Shown here one piece after another: positions 1-12,086 of a DNA stretch of 64,000 nt. Both the position numbers and the translations under genes were made by a program. The stretch lies in assembly GCF_988242995.1 (NCBI RefSeq), contig NZ_OZ547043.1; one strand, 5' to 3'. The notes below the pieces were generated by a model. It ran no database searches. It was not told the DNA's origin and saw only the letters and a list, made by a program, of their open reading frames with translations. The first letter of the stretch is position 1; each line of letters starts with the position of its first letter.

Positions 1-911
<911 letters not shown>

Positions 912-914
912 TTA

Positions 915-954
915 GCCGATGTGCCTGATGCGCTACGCTCATCAGGCCTGGCAC
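915..954. repeat. REP-like palindromic element between convergent bglA and gcvP
   Basis: gcctgatgcgctacgctcatcaggc imperfect palindrome of REP type. Confidence 0.4.
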
Positions 955-1032
955 TCTTTTAATATATTGAGCTCGCAATATTTTATATTACGCCTCAGCC
1001 GAAACACACAAAGCGCACTTTATTAACAATCT

Positions 1033-1054
1033 AAAAAGGCGCCGAAGCGCCTTT
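1033..1054 (-). terminator. Intrinsic terminator downstream of gcvP
   Basis: Hairpin aaggcgcc-gaag-ggcgcctt followed by a T-run on the minus strand. Confidence 0.6.
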
Positions 1055-1076
1055 AGAAGATAGTCGAATCAGTAAA

Positions 1077-3950
1077 TTACTGGTATTCGCTAATCGGTAC
1101 GCAGGAGCAGAACAGGTTACGGTCGCCGTAAACATCATCCAGACGTTTCACTGTCGGCCAGTATTTGTCTGCCACGCCTGCCGGGAATACCGCAATTTCA
1201 CGGCTGTACGGATGCGCCCACTCGGCGACCAGTTCGCTCTGAATGTGCGGCGCGTTCACCAGCGGGTTATCTTCCAGCGGCCAGACTCCGGCTTTCACCT
1301 GGTCGATTTCTGCGCGGATAGCCAGCATCGCGTCGATAAAGCGATCCAGTTCCACTTTGCTTTCAGATTCAGTCGGTTCAACCATCAGCGTACCCGCCAC
1401 CGGGAACGACATGGTCGGCGCGTGGAAACCGTAGTCGATCAGACGCTTGGCAATATCCAGTTCGCTGATGCCGGTTTCTTCTTTCAGCGGACGAATATCA
1501 AGAATACATTCGTGCGCCACGCGACCGTCGCGACCGGTATACAGCACCGGGAAAGCATTCTGCAGGCGGCTGGCAATATAGTTGGCGTTAAGAATTGCCA
1601 CCTGGCTTGCTTTTTTCAGCCCTTCTGCGCCCATCATGCGGATGTACATCCAGCTGATTGGCAGAATGGATGCGCTACCGAACGGTGCCGCAGAAACCGC
1701 GCCCTGACGGGTTAACATGCCTTCAATTTGTACCACGCTATGACCTGGCACAAACGGTGCCAGATGCGCTTTCACGCCGATCGGTCCCATACCAGGGCCG
1801 CCGCCACCGTGCGGAATGCAGAAAGTTTTATGCAGGTTAAGATGCGAGACGTCCGCGCCAATAAAGCCCGGTGAGGTGATGCCGACCTGGGCGTTCATGT
1901 TCGCGCCATCAAGGTAAACCTGACCGCCGAACTGATGCACGACTTCACACACTTCACGGATCGTTTCTTCGTACACGCCGTGGGTGGAAGGATAAGTCAC
2001 CATGATGCAGGAGAGGTTATCGCCCGCTTGTTCCGCTTTCGCGCGCAGATCAGCCAGATCGATGTTGCCGTTTTTATCACACGCCACAACCACCACCTGC
2101 ATTCCTGCCATATGTGCAGAAGCGGGGTTAGTTCCGTGCGCAGAAGCCGGGATCAGGCAGATATCGCGATGCCCTTCGTTGCGGCTTTCATGATAATGAC
2201 GAATCGCCAGCAGGCCCGCGTATTCGCCCTGAGCGCCAGAGTTCGGCTGCATACACACGGCGTCGTAACCGGTCAGTTTCACCAGCCAGTCAGCCAGTTG
2301 CGCGATCATCTGCTGATAACCTTCGGCCTGTTCCGGCGGGCAGAACGGGTGCAGTTCGGCAAATTCCGGCCAGGTGATTGGGATCATCTCGGCGGCGGCG
2401 TTCAGTTTCATGGTGCAGGAACCCAGCGGGATCATCGCCTGATTCAGCGCCAGATCTTTACGCTCCAGCGAGTGCATATAGCGCATCATTTCGGTTTCGC
2501 TGTGGTAGCGATTAAACACCGGATGGGTGAGGATTTCGTCGTCGCGCAGCATCGCAGGCTGAATAGAGCGGCTGTCGTGAGCCACGTCTTTGTCCAGCGT
2601 GTCGATCTCCAGCCCGTGGTTATCGCCCAGCAGCACGCTGAAAAGCTGCATCACGTTTTCACGCGTGGTGGTTTCATCAAGGGTGATCCCAACCGCGTTC
2701 AGGATATCGCTACGCAGGTTGATTTCAGCCGCTTCGGCACGCGCCAGTACGCCCGCTTTGTCGGCCACTTCCACACACAAAGTGTCGAAATAGTGCGCAT
2801 GACGCAGTTTCAGACCTTTTTGTTGCAGGCCTGCCGCCAGGATATCGGTCAGACGGTGGATGCGGTTAGCGATACGTTTCAGGCCAACCGGGCCGTGATA
2901 AACGGCATACAGGCTGGCGATGTTTGCCAGCAGTACCTGGGAAGTACAAATGTTGGAGTTCGCTTTCTCACGGCGAATATGTTGCTCGCGAGTCTGCATC
3001 GCCATGCGCAGAGCGGTATTGCCAGCTGCATCTTTCGATACACCGATAATACGGCCCGGCATTGAGCGTTTGTATTCATCTTTCGCCGCAAAGAATGCCG
3101 CATGTGGGCCACCGTAGCCCATCGGTACGCCAAAGCGTTGCGCCGAACCAAAGACAATATCCGCGCCCTGTTTACCCGGCGCAGTTAACAGCACCAGCGC
3201 CATAATATCGGCGGCGACGCTGACCACAATTTTGCGTGATTTCAGTTCGCTGATAAGCGCAGTGTAGTCGTGAATTTCACCGGTAGTGCCGACCTGCTGA
3301 AACAGCACGCCGAAGACGTCCTGATGGTCGAGCACTTTTTGCGCGTCATCGACAATCACTTCAAAACCAAAGGTTTCGGCACGAGTACGTACCACATCCA
3401 GCGTTTGCGGATGAACGTCAGAAGCAACGAAGAAGCGGTTGGCATTTTTCAGTTTGCTGACGCGTTTAGCCATCGCCATTGCTTCGGCGGCAGCGGTGGC
3501 TTCGTCCAGAAGAGAAGCAGAGGCCATATCCAGCCCGGTTAAATCCAGCGTTACCTGCTGGAAGTTGAGCAGTGCTTCAAGGCGGCCCTGGGAGACTTCA
3601 GGTTGATACGGAGTATACGCGGTATACCAGCCCGGATTTTCCAGCATGTTACGCAGAATAACCGGCGGTAGCTGCACGGCGGTGTAACCCATGCCGATGT
3701 AAGACGTGAAGCGTTTATTGCGACTGGCAATAGCCTTGAGTTCCGCCAGCGCGGCGTATTCGGTCGCCGGTGCGCCAACCTGCGGCGGGGTCGCAAGCTG
3801 AATATCTTTCGGCACAATCTGGCCGGTCAGCGCGTTTAACGATTGTGCGCCAACGGCATTCAGCATTTCTTGCTGTTGCGCGGCGTCCGGTCCGATATGG
3901 CGTTCAATAAAAGCGCCGCTGTTTTCAAGCTGGCTTAACGTCTGTGTCAT
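1077..3950 (-). CDS. gcvP: Glycine dehydrogenase (decarboxylating), glycine cleavage P protein, 957 aa
   Basis: Translation matches GcvP from [11 protein letters not shown]; the ORF-track start at 4034 is a 28-codon upstream extension. Confidence 0.95.
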   Translation of the reverse strand: MTQTLSQLENSGAFIERHIGPDAAQQQEMLNAVGAQSLNALTGQIVPKDIQLATPPQVGAPATEYAALAELKAIASRNKRFTSYIGMGYTAVQLPPVILRNMLENPGWYTAYTPYQPEVSQGRLEALLNFQQVTLDLTGLDMASASLLDEATAAAEAMAMAKRVSKLKNANRFFVASDVHPQTLDVVRTRAETFGFEVIVDDAQKVLDHQDVFGVLFQQVGTTGEIHDYTALISELKSRKIVVSVAADIMALVLLTAPGKQGADIVFGSAQRFGVPMGYGGPHAAFFAAKDEYKRSMPGRIIGVSKDAAGNTALRMAMQTREQHIRREKANSNICTSQVLLANIASLYAVYHGPVGLKRIANRIHRLTDILAAGLQQKGLKLRHAHYFDTLCVEVADKAGVLARAEAAEINLRSDILNAVGITLDETTTRENVMQLFSVLLGDNHGLEIDTLDKDVAHDSRSIQPAMLRDDEILTHPVFNRYHSETEMMRYMHSLERKDLALNQAMIPLGSCTMKLNAAAEMIPITWPEFAELHPFCPPEQAEGYQQMIAQLADWLVKLTGYDAVCMQPNSGAQGEYAGLLAIRHYHESRNEGHRDICLIPASAHGTNPASAHMAGMQVVVVACDKNGNIDLADLRAKAEQAGDNLSCIMVTYPSTHGVYEETIREVCEVVHQFGGQVYLDGANMNAQVGITSPGFIGADVSHLNLHKTFCIPHGGGGPGMGPIGVKAHLAPFVPGHSVVQIEGMLTRQGAVSAAPFGSASILPISWMYIRMMGAEGLKKASQVAILNANYIASRLQNAFPVLYTGRDGRVAHECILDIRPLKEETGISELDIAKRLIDYGFHAPTMSFPVAGTLMVEPTESESKVELDRFIDAMLAIRAEIDQVKAGVWPLEDNPLVNAPHIQSELVAEWAHPYSREIAVFPAGVADKYWPTVKRLDDVYGDRNLFCSCVPISEYQ

Positions 3951-4068
3951 GAGCGATGGTTCCTGAAACGTGCAGTGAATTGTGAACCTCTCTCCTTGCG
4001 AAGAGAGTGAGGGTGAGGCGTAAAAGTTCCTCACCCTGATCCTCTCCCGCAGAAGAGGAATAAAGCCG

Positions 4069-4458
4069 TTACTCGTCTTCTAACAATGCTTCGTATGCGG
4101 TCGCATCCAGCAGTGATTCCAGTTCGCTTTCATCGCTGGCTTTGATTTTAAAGATCCAGCCGCCTGCATACGGTTCGCTGTTCACCAGTTCCGGGGAATC
4201 GCTCAGTGCGTCGTTTACCGCCACGATTTCACCGCTTACTGGCGCATAAATGTCTGACGCCGCTTTTACTGATTCGGCAACCGCGCAGTCATCGCCCGCG
4301 CTAACCGTTGCGCCCACTTCCGGCAGGTCAACAAACACCATATCGCCTAACAGCTCCTGGGCATGTTCGGTGATACCAACGGTGTAAGTGCCGTCGGCTT
4401 CTTTACGCAGCCATTCGTGTTCTTTGCTGTATTTCAGTTCTGCTGGTACGTTGCTCAT
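4069..4458 (-). CDS. gcvH: Glycine cleavage system H protein (lipoyl carrier), 129 aa
   Basis: [16 protein letters not shown]...; ATG at 4456-4458; the track start is an upstream TTG. Confidence 0.95.
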
Positions 4459-4481
4459 CAATCAATCTCCAAAAAAGTAAA

Positions 4482-5576
4482 TCACGCGACGGCTTTACCG
4501 TTACGCACAAAAACAGGTTTCGTCACTTTAACCGGCATTTCACGGTTGCGAATTTGCACAATCGCTGTTTCACCAATACCTTCCGGCACGCGCGCCAGCG
4601 CAATGCTGTAACCCAGCGTCGGGGAGAAAGTACCGCTAGTGATAATGCCTTCATGCTGGTTGCCCTGCGCATCGGTAAAGCGTACCGGCAGTTCATTACG
4701 CAGCACGCCTTTTTCGGTCATCACCAGACCAACCAGTTTTTCTGTGCCATGCTCACGCTGCACTTCCAGGGCTTCACGACCGATGAAGTCACGATCTGCC
4801 GGTTCCCAGGCGATAGTCCAGCCCATGTTGGCGGCTAAAGGAGAGATGGTTTCGTCCATCTCCTGACTATAAAGATTCATACCCGCTTCCAGACGCAGCG
4901 TGTCACGCGCGCCCAGGCCGCATGGCTTAACGCCCGCTTCCACCAGCGCACGCCAGAAATCGGCCGCTTTTTCATTGGGCAGCGCAATTTCATAGCCCGC
5001 TTCACCGGTATAACCAGTGGTGGCAATAAACAGATCGCCCGCCTGCACGCCAAAGAACGGTTTCATCCCTTCCACCGCCTGACGCTGGGCGTCATTAAAC
5101 AGTGTGGCAGCTTTTGCCTGCGCATTCGGCCCTTGTACGGCGATCATGGAAAGGTCATCACGAACGGTAATTTCGATGCCGAAAGGTTCAGCGTGTTGGG
5201 TAATCCAGGAGAGGTCTTTTTCGCGGGTGGCGGAGTTAACAACGAGGCGGAAGAAATCTTCAGTAAAGTAGTAGACGATGAGGTCATCTATCACACCGCC
5301 AGAGGCATTCAACATCCCCGAGTAAAGGGCTTTGCCGCTTTTGGTGAGTTTCGCCACATCGTTCGCCAGCAGATAACGCAAAAACTCCCGGGTGCGGCTG
5401 CCGCGAAGATCGACGATGGTCATATGTGACACATCAAACATTCCGGCATCGGTACGTACCGCATGATGTTCGTCGATTTGCGAACCGTAATGCAGCGGCA
5501 TCATCCAGCCGTGGAAATCCACCATGCGAGCGCCGCAAAGCGTGTGTTGTTCGTACAAAGGAGTCTGTTGTGCCAT
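4482..5576 (-). CDS. gcvT: Aminomethyltransferase, glycine cleavage T protein, 364 aa
   Basis: [24 protein letters not shown]...; the track ORF carries a 41-codon upstream extension. Confidence 0.95.
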
Positions 5577-5949
5577 CTTGTCCTCATTGAATAAGCGGGG
5601 CTGACAACTTTTCCATGGCGAAATTATCACCACGAAACCCAGCATCGGAGCCACTCCCGGTCCCCAACGCAATCGTTCTCTTTTGCCTGAACTTACCACC
5701 GAAACAGACTGTTAACCATAAGGTAAAATTGATCATCACATTAGCTTATGGTTAAAAAACGCCAAAATCGCAACAGAATAAAAAACCAAAAAACACACCA
5801 ACTTCTATAGAAAGATGATGCGATGAGGAAATTAATTTGAATAAGGCAATATTAAGAGCTGAAAAAATGTCAAAAAACACTAAATCAAAAATTCGTGGCA
5901 TTAGAAAATATAATGCGAAAACGGAGGTGAAATTAGTTTATTTCAAATG

Positions 5950-5980
5950 AGGAAAATCTCCCGGCGAAAAAACCGGGAGA
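5950..5980 (-). terminator. Intrinsic terminator downstream of ubiI (works in either orientation)
   Basis: tctcccgg-cgaaaaaa-ccgggaga hairpin flanked by A/T runs. Confidence 0.55.
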
Positions 5981-6023
5981 TGAAAGTGTGATGGGTATCA
6001 AATAAACAGCAGAAGAGAAATTT

Positions 6024-7226
6024 TTAACGCAGCCATTCAGGCAAATCGTTTAATCCCATTGCCTGGCGGATAAGTTGTGGTTTAACGCCAGGAAGCGTGT
6101 CGGCCAGTTTTAAACCAATATCACGCAGCAGTTTTTTCGCCGGATTGGTACCGGAAAACAGATCGCGAAATCCCTGCATACCAGCCAGCATCAGCGCCGC
6201 ACTGTGCTTGCGGCTACGCTCATAGCGACGCAGATAAATGTACTGCCCGATGTCTTTCCCCTGACGATGCAACCGTTTCAGTTCAGCAACCAGCTCTGCA
6301 GCATCCATAAAGCCGAGATTTACCCCCTGCCCCGCCAGCGGGTGAATGGTATGCGCGGCGTCGCCCACCAACGCCAGACGGTGCGCGGCAAACTGGCGCG
6401 CATAACGCCCCGTCAGTGGGAACACAAGGCGCTCACTCTCAACCTTACATAAGCCCAGGCGATTATCAAAAGCGATATTTAACGCGCGATTAAATTCGTC
6501 TTCACTTGCCTGCTGCATCCGCTGCGCTTCCTCTGGCGACAGTGACCAGACAATCGAGCAAAGATGCGGATCGCTAAGCGGTAAAAAGGCCAGAATGCCT
6601 TCGCCATGGAAAACCTGCCGCGCCACCGCATCATGCGGTTCTTCCGTGCGAATGGTCGCTACCAGCGCGTGATGCTGATAATCCCAGAAAGTCAGCGGAA
6701 TATCGGCTTTGTTGCGCAACCAGGAATTAGCGCCGTCCGCGCCAATCACCAGACGCGCCGTTAACATACTGCCATCTTTCAACGTCAGGAAGGTTTCATT
6801 TTCTCCCCAGGCGACCTGCTGTAATTCTGCGGGGGCCAACAGAGTGATATCTGACGACTGCTGCGCTTTGTTCCACAGCGCGTAGTGAATCACTGAGTTT
6901 TCAACGATATGCCCAAGATGGCTATAGCCCATGCTTTGATCGTCAAACGAAATGTGACCAAAGCTGTCTTTGTCCCACACTTCCATACCGTGATAACAAC
7001 TGGCCCTACGAGAGAGAATGTCCTGCCAGACGCCAAGACGGGTGAGTAATTTTTCGCTGGCGGCATTGATAGCCGAAACGCGCAGTTGTGGTGGTGCATT
7101 CGCCGCCAGAGGTTCCGGTACGCGCTGCTCCAGTACGGCAACGCGTAAGCCGCTCCCCTGTAAGCCGCAGGCAACCGCCAGCCCCACCATGCCGCCGCCA
7201 ACAATGGCTACATCAACACTTTGCAT
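6024..7226 (-). CDS. ubiI: FAD-dependent 2-octaprenylphenol hydroxylase, 400 aa
   Basis: N-terminal VAIVGGGMVGLA FAD-binding fold; matches VisC/UbiI. Confidence 0.9.
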   Translation of the reverse strand: MQSVDVAIVGGGMVGLAVACGLQGSGLRVAVLEQRVPEPLAANAPPQLRVSAINAASEKLLTRLGVWQDILSRRASCYHGMEVWDKDSFGHISFDDQSMGYSHLGHIVENSVIHYALWNKAQQSSDITLLAPAELQQVAWGENETFLTLKDGSMLTARLVIGADGANSWLRNKADIPLTFWDYQHHALVATIRTEEPHDAVARQVFHGEGILAFLPLSDPHLCSIVWSLSPEEAQRMQQASEDEFNRALNIAFDNRLGLCKVESERLVFPLTGRYARQFAAHRLALVGDAAHTIHPLAGQGVNLGFMDAAELVAELKRLHRQGKDIGQYIYLRRYERSRKHSAALMLAGMQGFRDLFSGTNPAKKLLRDIGLKLADTLPGVKPQLIRQAMGLNDLPEWLR

Positions 7227-7248
7227 TGTTTATTCCTTAAAACCGCCT

Positions 7249-8427
7249 TCAACGCGCCACCCAACCGAGGGTGCGCTGCGCCAGCACATCGCGTGCCGGG
7301 GTAAATAATTCCATCGTCATCAGCCCGATGTTGCGCCCGACAACCAGCGGGGTCCAACGGTTGGCAAAAAGATGTACAAGGCTGTCCGTGACGCCGATGG
7401 TTGCTTCGCGATCGCGCTGTCGACGCTGCTGATAACGGCACAATACGCCGTAATCACCCATGTCTTCTCCGCGCTCCTGCGCCTGAGTCAGAGTTTCCGC
7501 AAGGCTCATGACATCTCGCATACCGAGGTTGAACCCTTGCCCGGCAATCGGGTGCAGAGTTTGCGCCGCATTGCCCACCAGCACGGTACGATGGGTAATA
7601 GGTCTGGCGGCGCGGGTTAACGCCAGCGGATAAGCACTGCGTTTACCGGCGTGGGTAATTTGCCCCAGTCGCCAGCCAAAGGCAGACTGGAGTTCACGGC
7701 AAAACTTCTCGTCGCTCCACGACAGCACCTCTTCGCGCCGTTCCAGTGGATGACACCAGACCAGCGAACAGCGTCCGTCAGACATCGGCAACATCGCCAG
7801 CGGGCCATGTTTCGTGAAGCGTTCAAAAGCGCGGCCTTCGTGCGCAACGGAAGTCGCAACGTTGGCAATCACGGCCAGTTGTTCGTAAGGCTCCTGCTGC
7901 CAGTCAACGCCGCACGCGGTGGCTAACGCTGAATGGGTGCCATCAGCTGCTACCAGCACGCGGCCCGTCAGCGTCTCGCCACTCTCCAGCGTCACTTCAA
8001 CGTGACTCTGAGTACGGGCAACGTTAGCCACGCGATCAGGACAATGCAGCGTTACGCCAGGTGCTTTGCGCAGCAATGCAAACAGCCGTTGCCCGACATT
8101 ATGCAATTCGACAACCTGCCCCAGCGCCGCCAGTTGGTAATCTTCTGCGGCGAGGGTGACGAATCCGGCATGACCACGATCGCTGACATGCACGCTGGTG
8201 ATGGCGGTTGCGCAATCAGCCAGAGATTGCCAGACGCCGATGCGCGCCAGTTGCTGACAGGTACCCGCCGCCAGCGCAATAGCTCGTCCATCAAAGCCCG
8301 GATGAGCATGTGACTCTGGCGCAGTCGCTTCAATCAAATGTACCGGCAGCGCCCCGTGACTTAACCGGGAAATAGCCAGCGCCAGCGTCGCGCCCGCCAT
8401 GCCGCCACCGACGATGATTACGCTCAT
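7249..8427 (-). CDS. ubiH: 2-octaprenyl-6-methoxyphenol hydroxylase, 392 aa
   Basis: MSVIIVGGGMAGATLALA...; FAD monooxygenase; start overlaps the pepP stop by 4 nt. Confidence 0.9.
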   Translation of the reverse strand: MSVIIVGGGMAGATLALAISRLSHGALPVHLIEATAPESHAHPGFDGRAIALAAGTCQQLARIGVWQSLADCATAITSVHVSDRGHAGFVTLAAEDYQLAALGQVVELHNVGQRLFALLRKAPGVTLHCPDRVANVARTQSHVEVTLESGETLTGRVLVAADGTHSALATACGVDWQQEPYEQLAVIANVATSVAHEGRAFERFTKHGPLAMLPMSDGRCSLVWCHPLERREEVLSWSDEKFCRELQSAFGWRLGQITHAGKRSAYPLALTRAARPITHRTVLVGNAAQTLHPIAGQGFNLGMRDVMSLAETLTQAQERGEDMGDYGVLCRYQQRRQRDREATIGVTDSLVHLFANRWTPLVVGRNIGLMTMELFTPARDVLAQRTLGWVAR

Positions 8428-9749
8428 TGCTTTCTCGCAGCAGCCATCAACGCTTCGATTTCTTCCGGCTTTTTCACCACGCTGGCGGTGAGGTTTTCGT
8501 TGCCGGTTTCGGTAATCACAATGTCGTCTTCAATACGAATGCCGATACCGCGATATTGTTCTGGCACATCCGCATCCGGCGCGATATACAGACCAGGCTC
8601 TACGGTCAGTACCATCCCCGGTTCCAGAATGCGCGAGCGATCCTGACCATAAACGCCAACGTCATGGACATCCAGTCCTAACCAGTGGCTAAGGCCGTGC
8701 ATAAAGAAAGGACGATGGGCGTTCTGAGCGATCAGTTCATCAACATCACCTTTCAGGATGCCGAGTTTTACCAGGCCGCTAACCATGATGCGCACCACTT
8801 CACCAGTGACTTCCTGCATGGAAGTTCCCGGACGATACAGGCGCAGGCTGGTTTCAAGAGACTCCAGCACAATGTCGTAGATTTCACGCTGGGCCTGGGT
8901 GAATTTGCCGTTGACCGGGAAGGTGCGGGTAATATCGCCCGCGTAACCTTTGTATTCACAACCCGCGTCAATCAACACCAGGTCACCGTCGCGCATTTCA
9001 CACTCGTTTTCGGTGTAGTGCAGAATGCAACCGTTTTCACCGCTGCCGACAATGGTGTTATAGGAAGGATAGCGCGCACCGTGGCGGTTAAATTCGTGGT
9101 GAATTTCGCCTTCCAGATGGTACTCGAACATACCCGGACGGCATTTTTCCATCGCCCGGGTATGCGCCAGGGCGGTAATTTCCCCCGCGCGGCGAAGTAC
9201 GGCAATCTCTTCTGGGGATTTGAACAGGCGCATTTCATGAACAATGGGACGCCAGTCGATCATCGTAGCCGGGGCAGTGAGATTCTGTCGCGAGCCTTTA
9301 CGCAACTTTTCCAGCGCGCTGTTCACGATTTCATCAGCATATGCATATTCGCCCTGAGCATGGTAAACCACATCCAGGCCGTTAAGTAGTTGATAAAGTT
9401 GCTGATTGATTTCACTGAATGCCAGTGAGCGGTCAACGCCCAGTTTCTCTGGCGCGGCATCCTGGCCTAAGCGACGACCAAACCAGATCTCTGCCGTCAG
9501 GTCGCGAACGCGGTTAAACAAAACGCTGTGGTTATGAGTGTCGTCGCTTTTAATCAGCACCAGCACCGCTTCCGGTTCGTTAAAGCCGGTGAAGTACCAG
9601 AAGTCACTGTTCTGACGATAGGGGTATTCGCTGTCGGCGCTACGTGTTACTTCTGGTGCAGCAAAAATCAGCGCGGCGCTGCCGGGTTGCATTTGCTCCA
9701 CCAGGGCCTGACGGCGACGCTGAAACTCTTGCCGGGATATCTCACTCAT
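8424..9749 (-). CDS. pepP: Xaa-Pro aminopeptidase (aminopeptidase P II), 441 aa
   Basis: MSEISRQEFQRRRQAL...; the track ORF carries a 71-codon upstream extension. Confidence 0.95.
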   Translation of the reverse strand: MSEISRQEFQRRRQALVEQMQPGSAALIFAAPEVTRSADSEYPYRQNSDFWYFTGFNEPEAVLVLIKSDDTHNHSVLFNRVRDLTAEIWFGRRLGQDAAPEKLGVDRSLAFSEINQQLYQLLNGLDVVYHAQGEYAYADEIVNSALEKLRKGSRQNLTAPATMIDWRPIVHEMRLFKSPEEIAVLRRAGEITALAHTRAMEKCRPGMFEYHLEGEIHHEFNRHGARYPSYNTIVGSGENGCILHYTENECEMRDGDLVLIDAGCEYKGYAGDITRTFPVNGKFTQAQREIYDIVLESLETSLRLYRPGTSMQEVTGEVVRIMVSGLVKLGILKGDVDELIAQNAHRPFFMHGLSHWLGLDVHDVGVYGQDRSRILEPGMVLTVEPGLYIAPDADVPEQYRGIGIRIEDDIVITETGNENLTASVVKKPEEIEALMAAARKQ

Positions 9750-9774
9750 AACACTCTCCTTACGTTTTTTGTTT

Positions 9775-10353
9775 TTAGTGTAGAGTCGGTTTTTGTACTT
9801 CTGGCGCGGTCGGTTGCGGATGAGTAAAGGTGTCGTGGCATAACAACGCGGCAACACGAACGTATTCGATGATCTCTTCAAGCGACATTTCAAGCTCTTC
9901 CTGATCTTCGTCTTCGTCGTAGCCCAGCTGCGCGATGTTACGCAGATCGTCGATGGCTTCACCGGTTTCTCCGGTCACTTTGTCCAGCTTCGGTTGCGTA
10001 ACGCCAAGACCAAGCAGGAAGTGATTGACCCAACCTGCCAGCGCATCAGCCCGATCGAAAACGCTGACATCATCGCCATCAGGCAGATAAAGCTGAAAAA
10101 GGAAGCCGTCATCCTGCAGGGCATCGCTGGTGGCAGAGTGCATTTTACGCAGTGCCTGTGCCAGCTCATGACCGAAAGCCATGCCTTCGTTCGTCAGGTC
10201 GTGAAGTAGCGGCAGCCATGAGCTGTCATCGTTACCGCCACATATCATCCCACTGATTAAACCATGCATCTCAGCAGGGGTCAGACCCGTCCCTTGTTGG
10301 TTCAGATACTGGTTCATTTCGTTGTAACCAGGCATTTCGTTCTGTATAGACAT
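9775..10353 (-). CDS. ygfB: UPF0149 family protein YgfB, 192 aa
   Basis: [24 protein letters not shown]... matches YgfB. Confidence 0.85.
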
Positions 10354-10454
10354 AAGCATTCGTCGTCAAAGGGAGGAATATTCATGATATGCTACCACTT
10401 TGGGCCCTGGTGGACCAGAAAAGGGCTTGTCTCTTCTCATCAGGGTAGCTATAG

Positions 10455-10850
<396 letters not shown>

Positions 10851-10891
10851 CACTTTTCGGTTTACTGTGGTAGAGTAACCGTGAAGACAAA

Positions 10892-11076
10892 ATTTCTCTG
10901 AGATGTTCGCAAGCGGGCCAGTCCCCTGAGCCGATATTTCATACCACAAGAATGTGGCGCTCCGCGGTTGGTGAGCATGCTCGGTCCGTCCGAGAAGCCT
11001 TAAAACTGCGACGACACATTCACCTTGAACCAAGGGTTCAAGGGTTACAGCCTGCGGCGGCATCTCGGAGATTCCC
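10892..11076 (+). ncRNA. ssrS: 6S RNA
   Basis: AUUUCUCUGAGAUGUUCGCAAGCGGGCCAGUCCCCUGAGCC ... CAUCUCGGAGAUUCCCU matches the E. coli 6S RNA as I remember it; lies between zapA and ygfA. Confidence 0.9.
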
Positions 11077-11149
11077 TTCTTATCTGGCACCAGCCATGAC
11101 GCAACTACCAGAACTCCCACTGACATTATCCCGACAAGAAATCCGCAAA

Positions 11150-11698
11150 ATGATTCGGCAACGCCGTCGTACGTTAACGCCGGAACAACAGCAGGAAATG
11201 GGTCAACAAGCCGCTACCCGGATGATGACTTATCCCCCGGTGGTGATGGCACATACGGTCGCTGTATTCCTCTCTTTTGATGGCGAACTCGACACCCAGC
11301 CACTCATAGAACAACTCTGGCGCGCCGGTAAGCGCGTATATCTTCCAGTTTTGCATCCCTTTAGTGCCGGTAATTTGCTGTTCCTGAATTACCATCCGCA
11401 AAGCGAACTGGTGATGAACAGGTTGAAGATCCATGAGCCAAAACTGGATGTGCGTGACGTGCTACCCCTTTCCCGATTAGACGTGTTGATCACACCGCTG
11501 GTCGCCTTTGATGAGTACGGTCAGCGCCTGGGAATGGGCGGTGGTTTTTATGATCGGACCTTACAAAACTGGCAGCGCTATCAAATGCAACCGGTGGGTT
11601 ATGCGCATGATTGTCAGTTGGTGGAAAAACTTCCCGTTGAAGAGTGGGATATCCCACTTCCTGCGGTGGTTACACCGTCGAAAGTCTGGGAGTGGTAA
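11150..11698 (+). CDS. ygfA: 5-formyltetrahydrofolate cyclo-ligase, 182 aa
   Basis: MIRQRRRTLTPEQQQEMGQQ...; the track ORF starting at 10952 runs through ssrS and is an artefact. Confidence 0.85.
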   Translation: MIRQRRRTLTPEQQQEMGQQAATRMMTYPPVVMAHTVAVFLSFDGELDTQPLIEQLWRAGKRVYLPVLHPFSAGNLLFLNYHPQSELVMNRLKIHEPKLDVRDVLPLSRLDVLITPLVAFDEYGQRLGMGGGFYDRTLQNWQRYQMQPVGYAHDCQLVEKLPVEEWDIPLPAVVTPSKVWEW

Positions 11699-11873
11699 GG
11701 GCGACACACCTGCATCGCCCTGATTGACATCGTTGATTCTTTAACCTAATTTAGTGAGTAAGGGTAAGGGAGGATGACTCCTCCCCTGAGACTGACTGTT
11801 AATAAGCTGGGAAACTTATGAGTAACAGTACAATCAGTATGATGACAAGTCGCATCATAACCCTTCTCCTTCA

Positions 11874-11899
11874 AGCCCTCGCTTCGGTGAGGGCTTTAC
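11874..11899 (+). terminator. Putative terminator of the ssrS-ygfA transcript
   Basis: agccctc-gcttcggtg-agggct hairpin followed by ttaccgtt. Confidence 0.4.
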
Positions 11900-12043
11900 C
11901 GTTACAGCCCCATGCTGCCCTGCCATCGTAAATCCCCATTAAATAAACACAACGCATTGATCTGACTTTGATTTATTTTCTGGAGCAGACTCGCAAAGTA
12001 GAATGCGCAATGCGGCAACGGTGTGGAGAAGGGATAAAAAAAC

Positions 12044-12075
12044 GGGCAAGTCAGTGACCTGCCCGTTAATTTTCA
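12044..12075 (-). terminator. Intrinsic terminator downstream of serA
   Basis: cgggcaggtcactgacttgcccg hairpin followed by a 7-T run on the minus strand. Confidence 0.75.
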
Positions 12076-12086
12076 GAGAAGGGGAA

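Noticed and set aside
1935-3065. 376-aa ORF on the plus strand inside gcvP
   Set aside because: Antisense to a well-supported conserved gene; His/Arg-rich low-complexity translation typical of a reverse frame in GC-rich coding DNA.
10952-11149. N-terminal 66 codons of the track ORF for ygfA
   Set aside because: Overlaps the 6S RNA gene; the real start is the ATG at 11150.
11838-11930. 30-codon ORF (MMTSRIITLLLQALASVRALPLQPHAALPS) in the ygfA-serA spacer
   Set aside because: No Shine-Dalgarno sequence; its start sits inside a small palindrome and it overlaps the likely ygfA terminator, so it is more probably structural RNA/DNA than coding.
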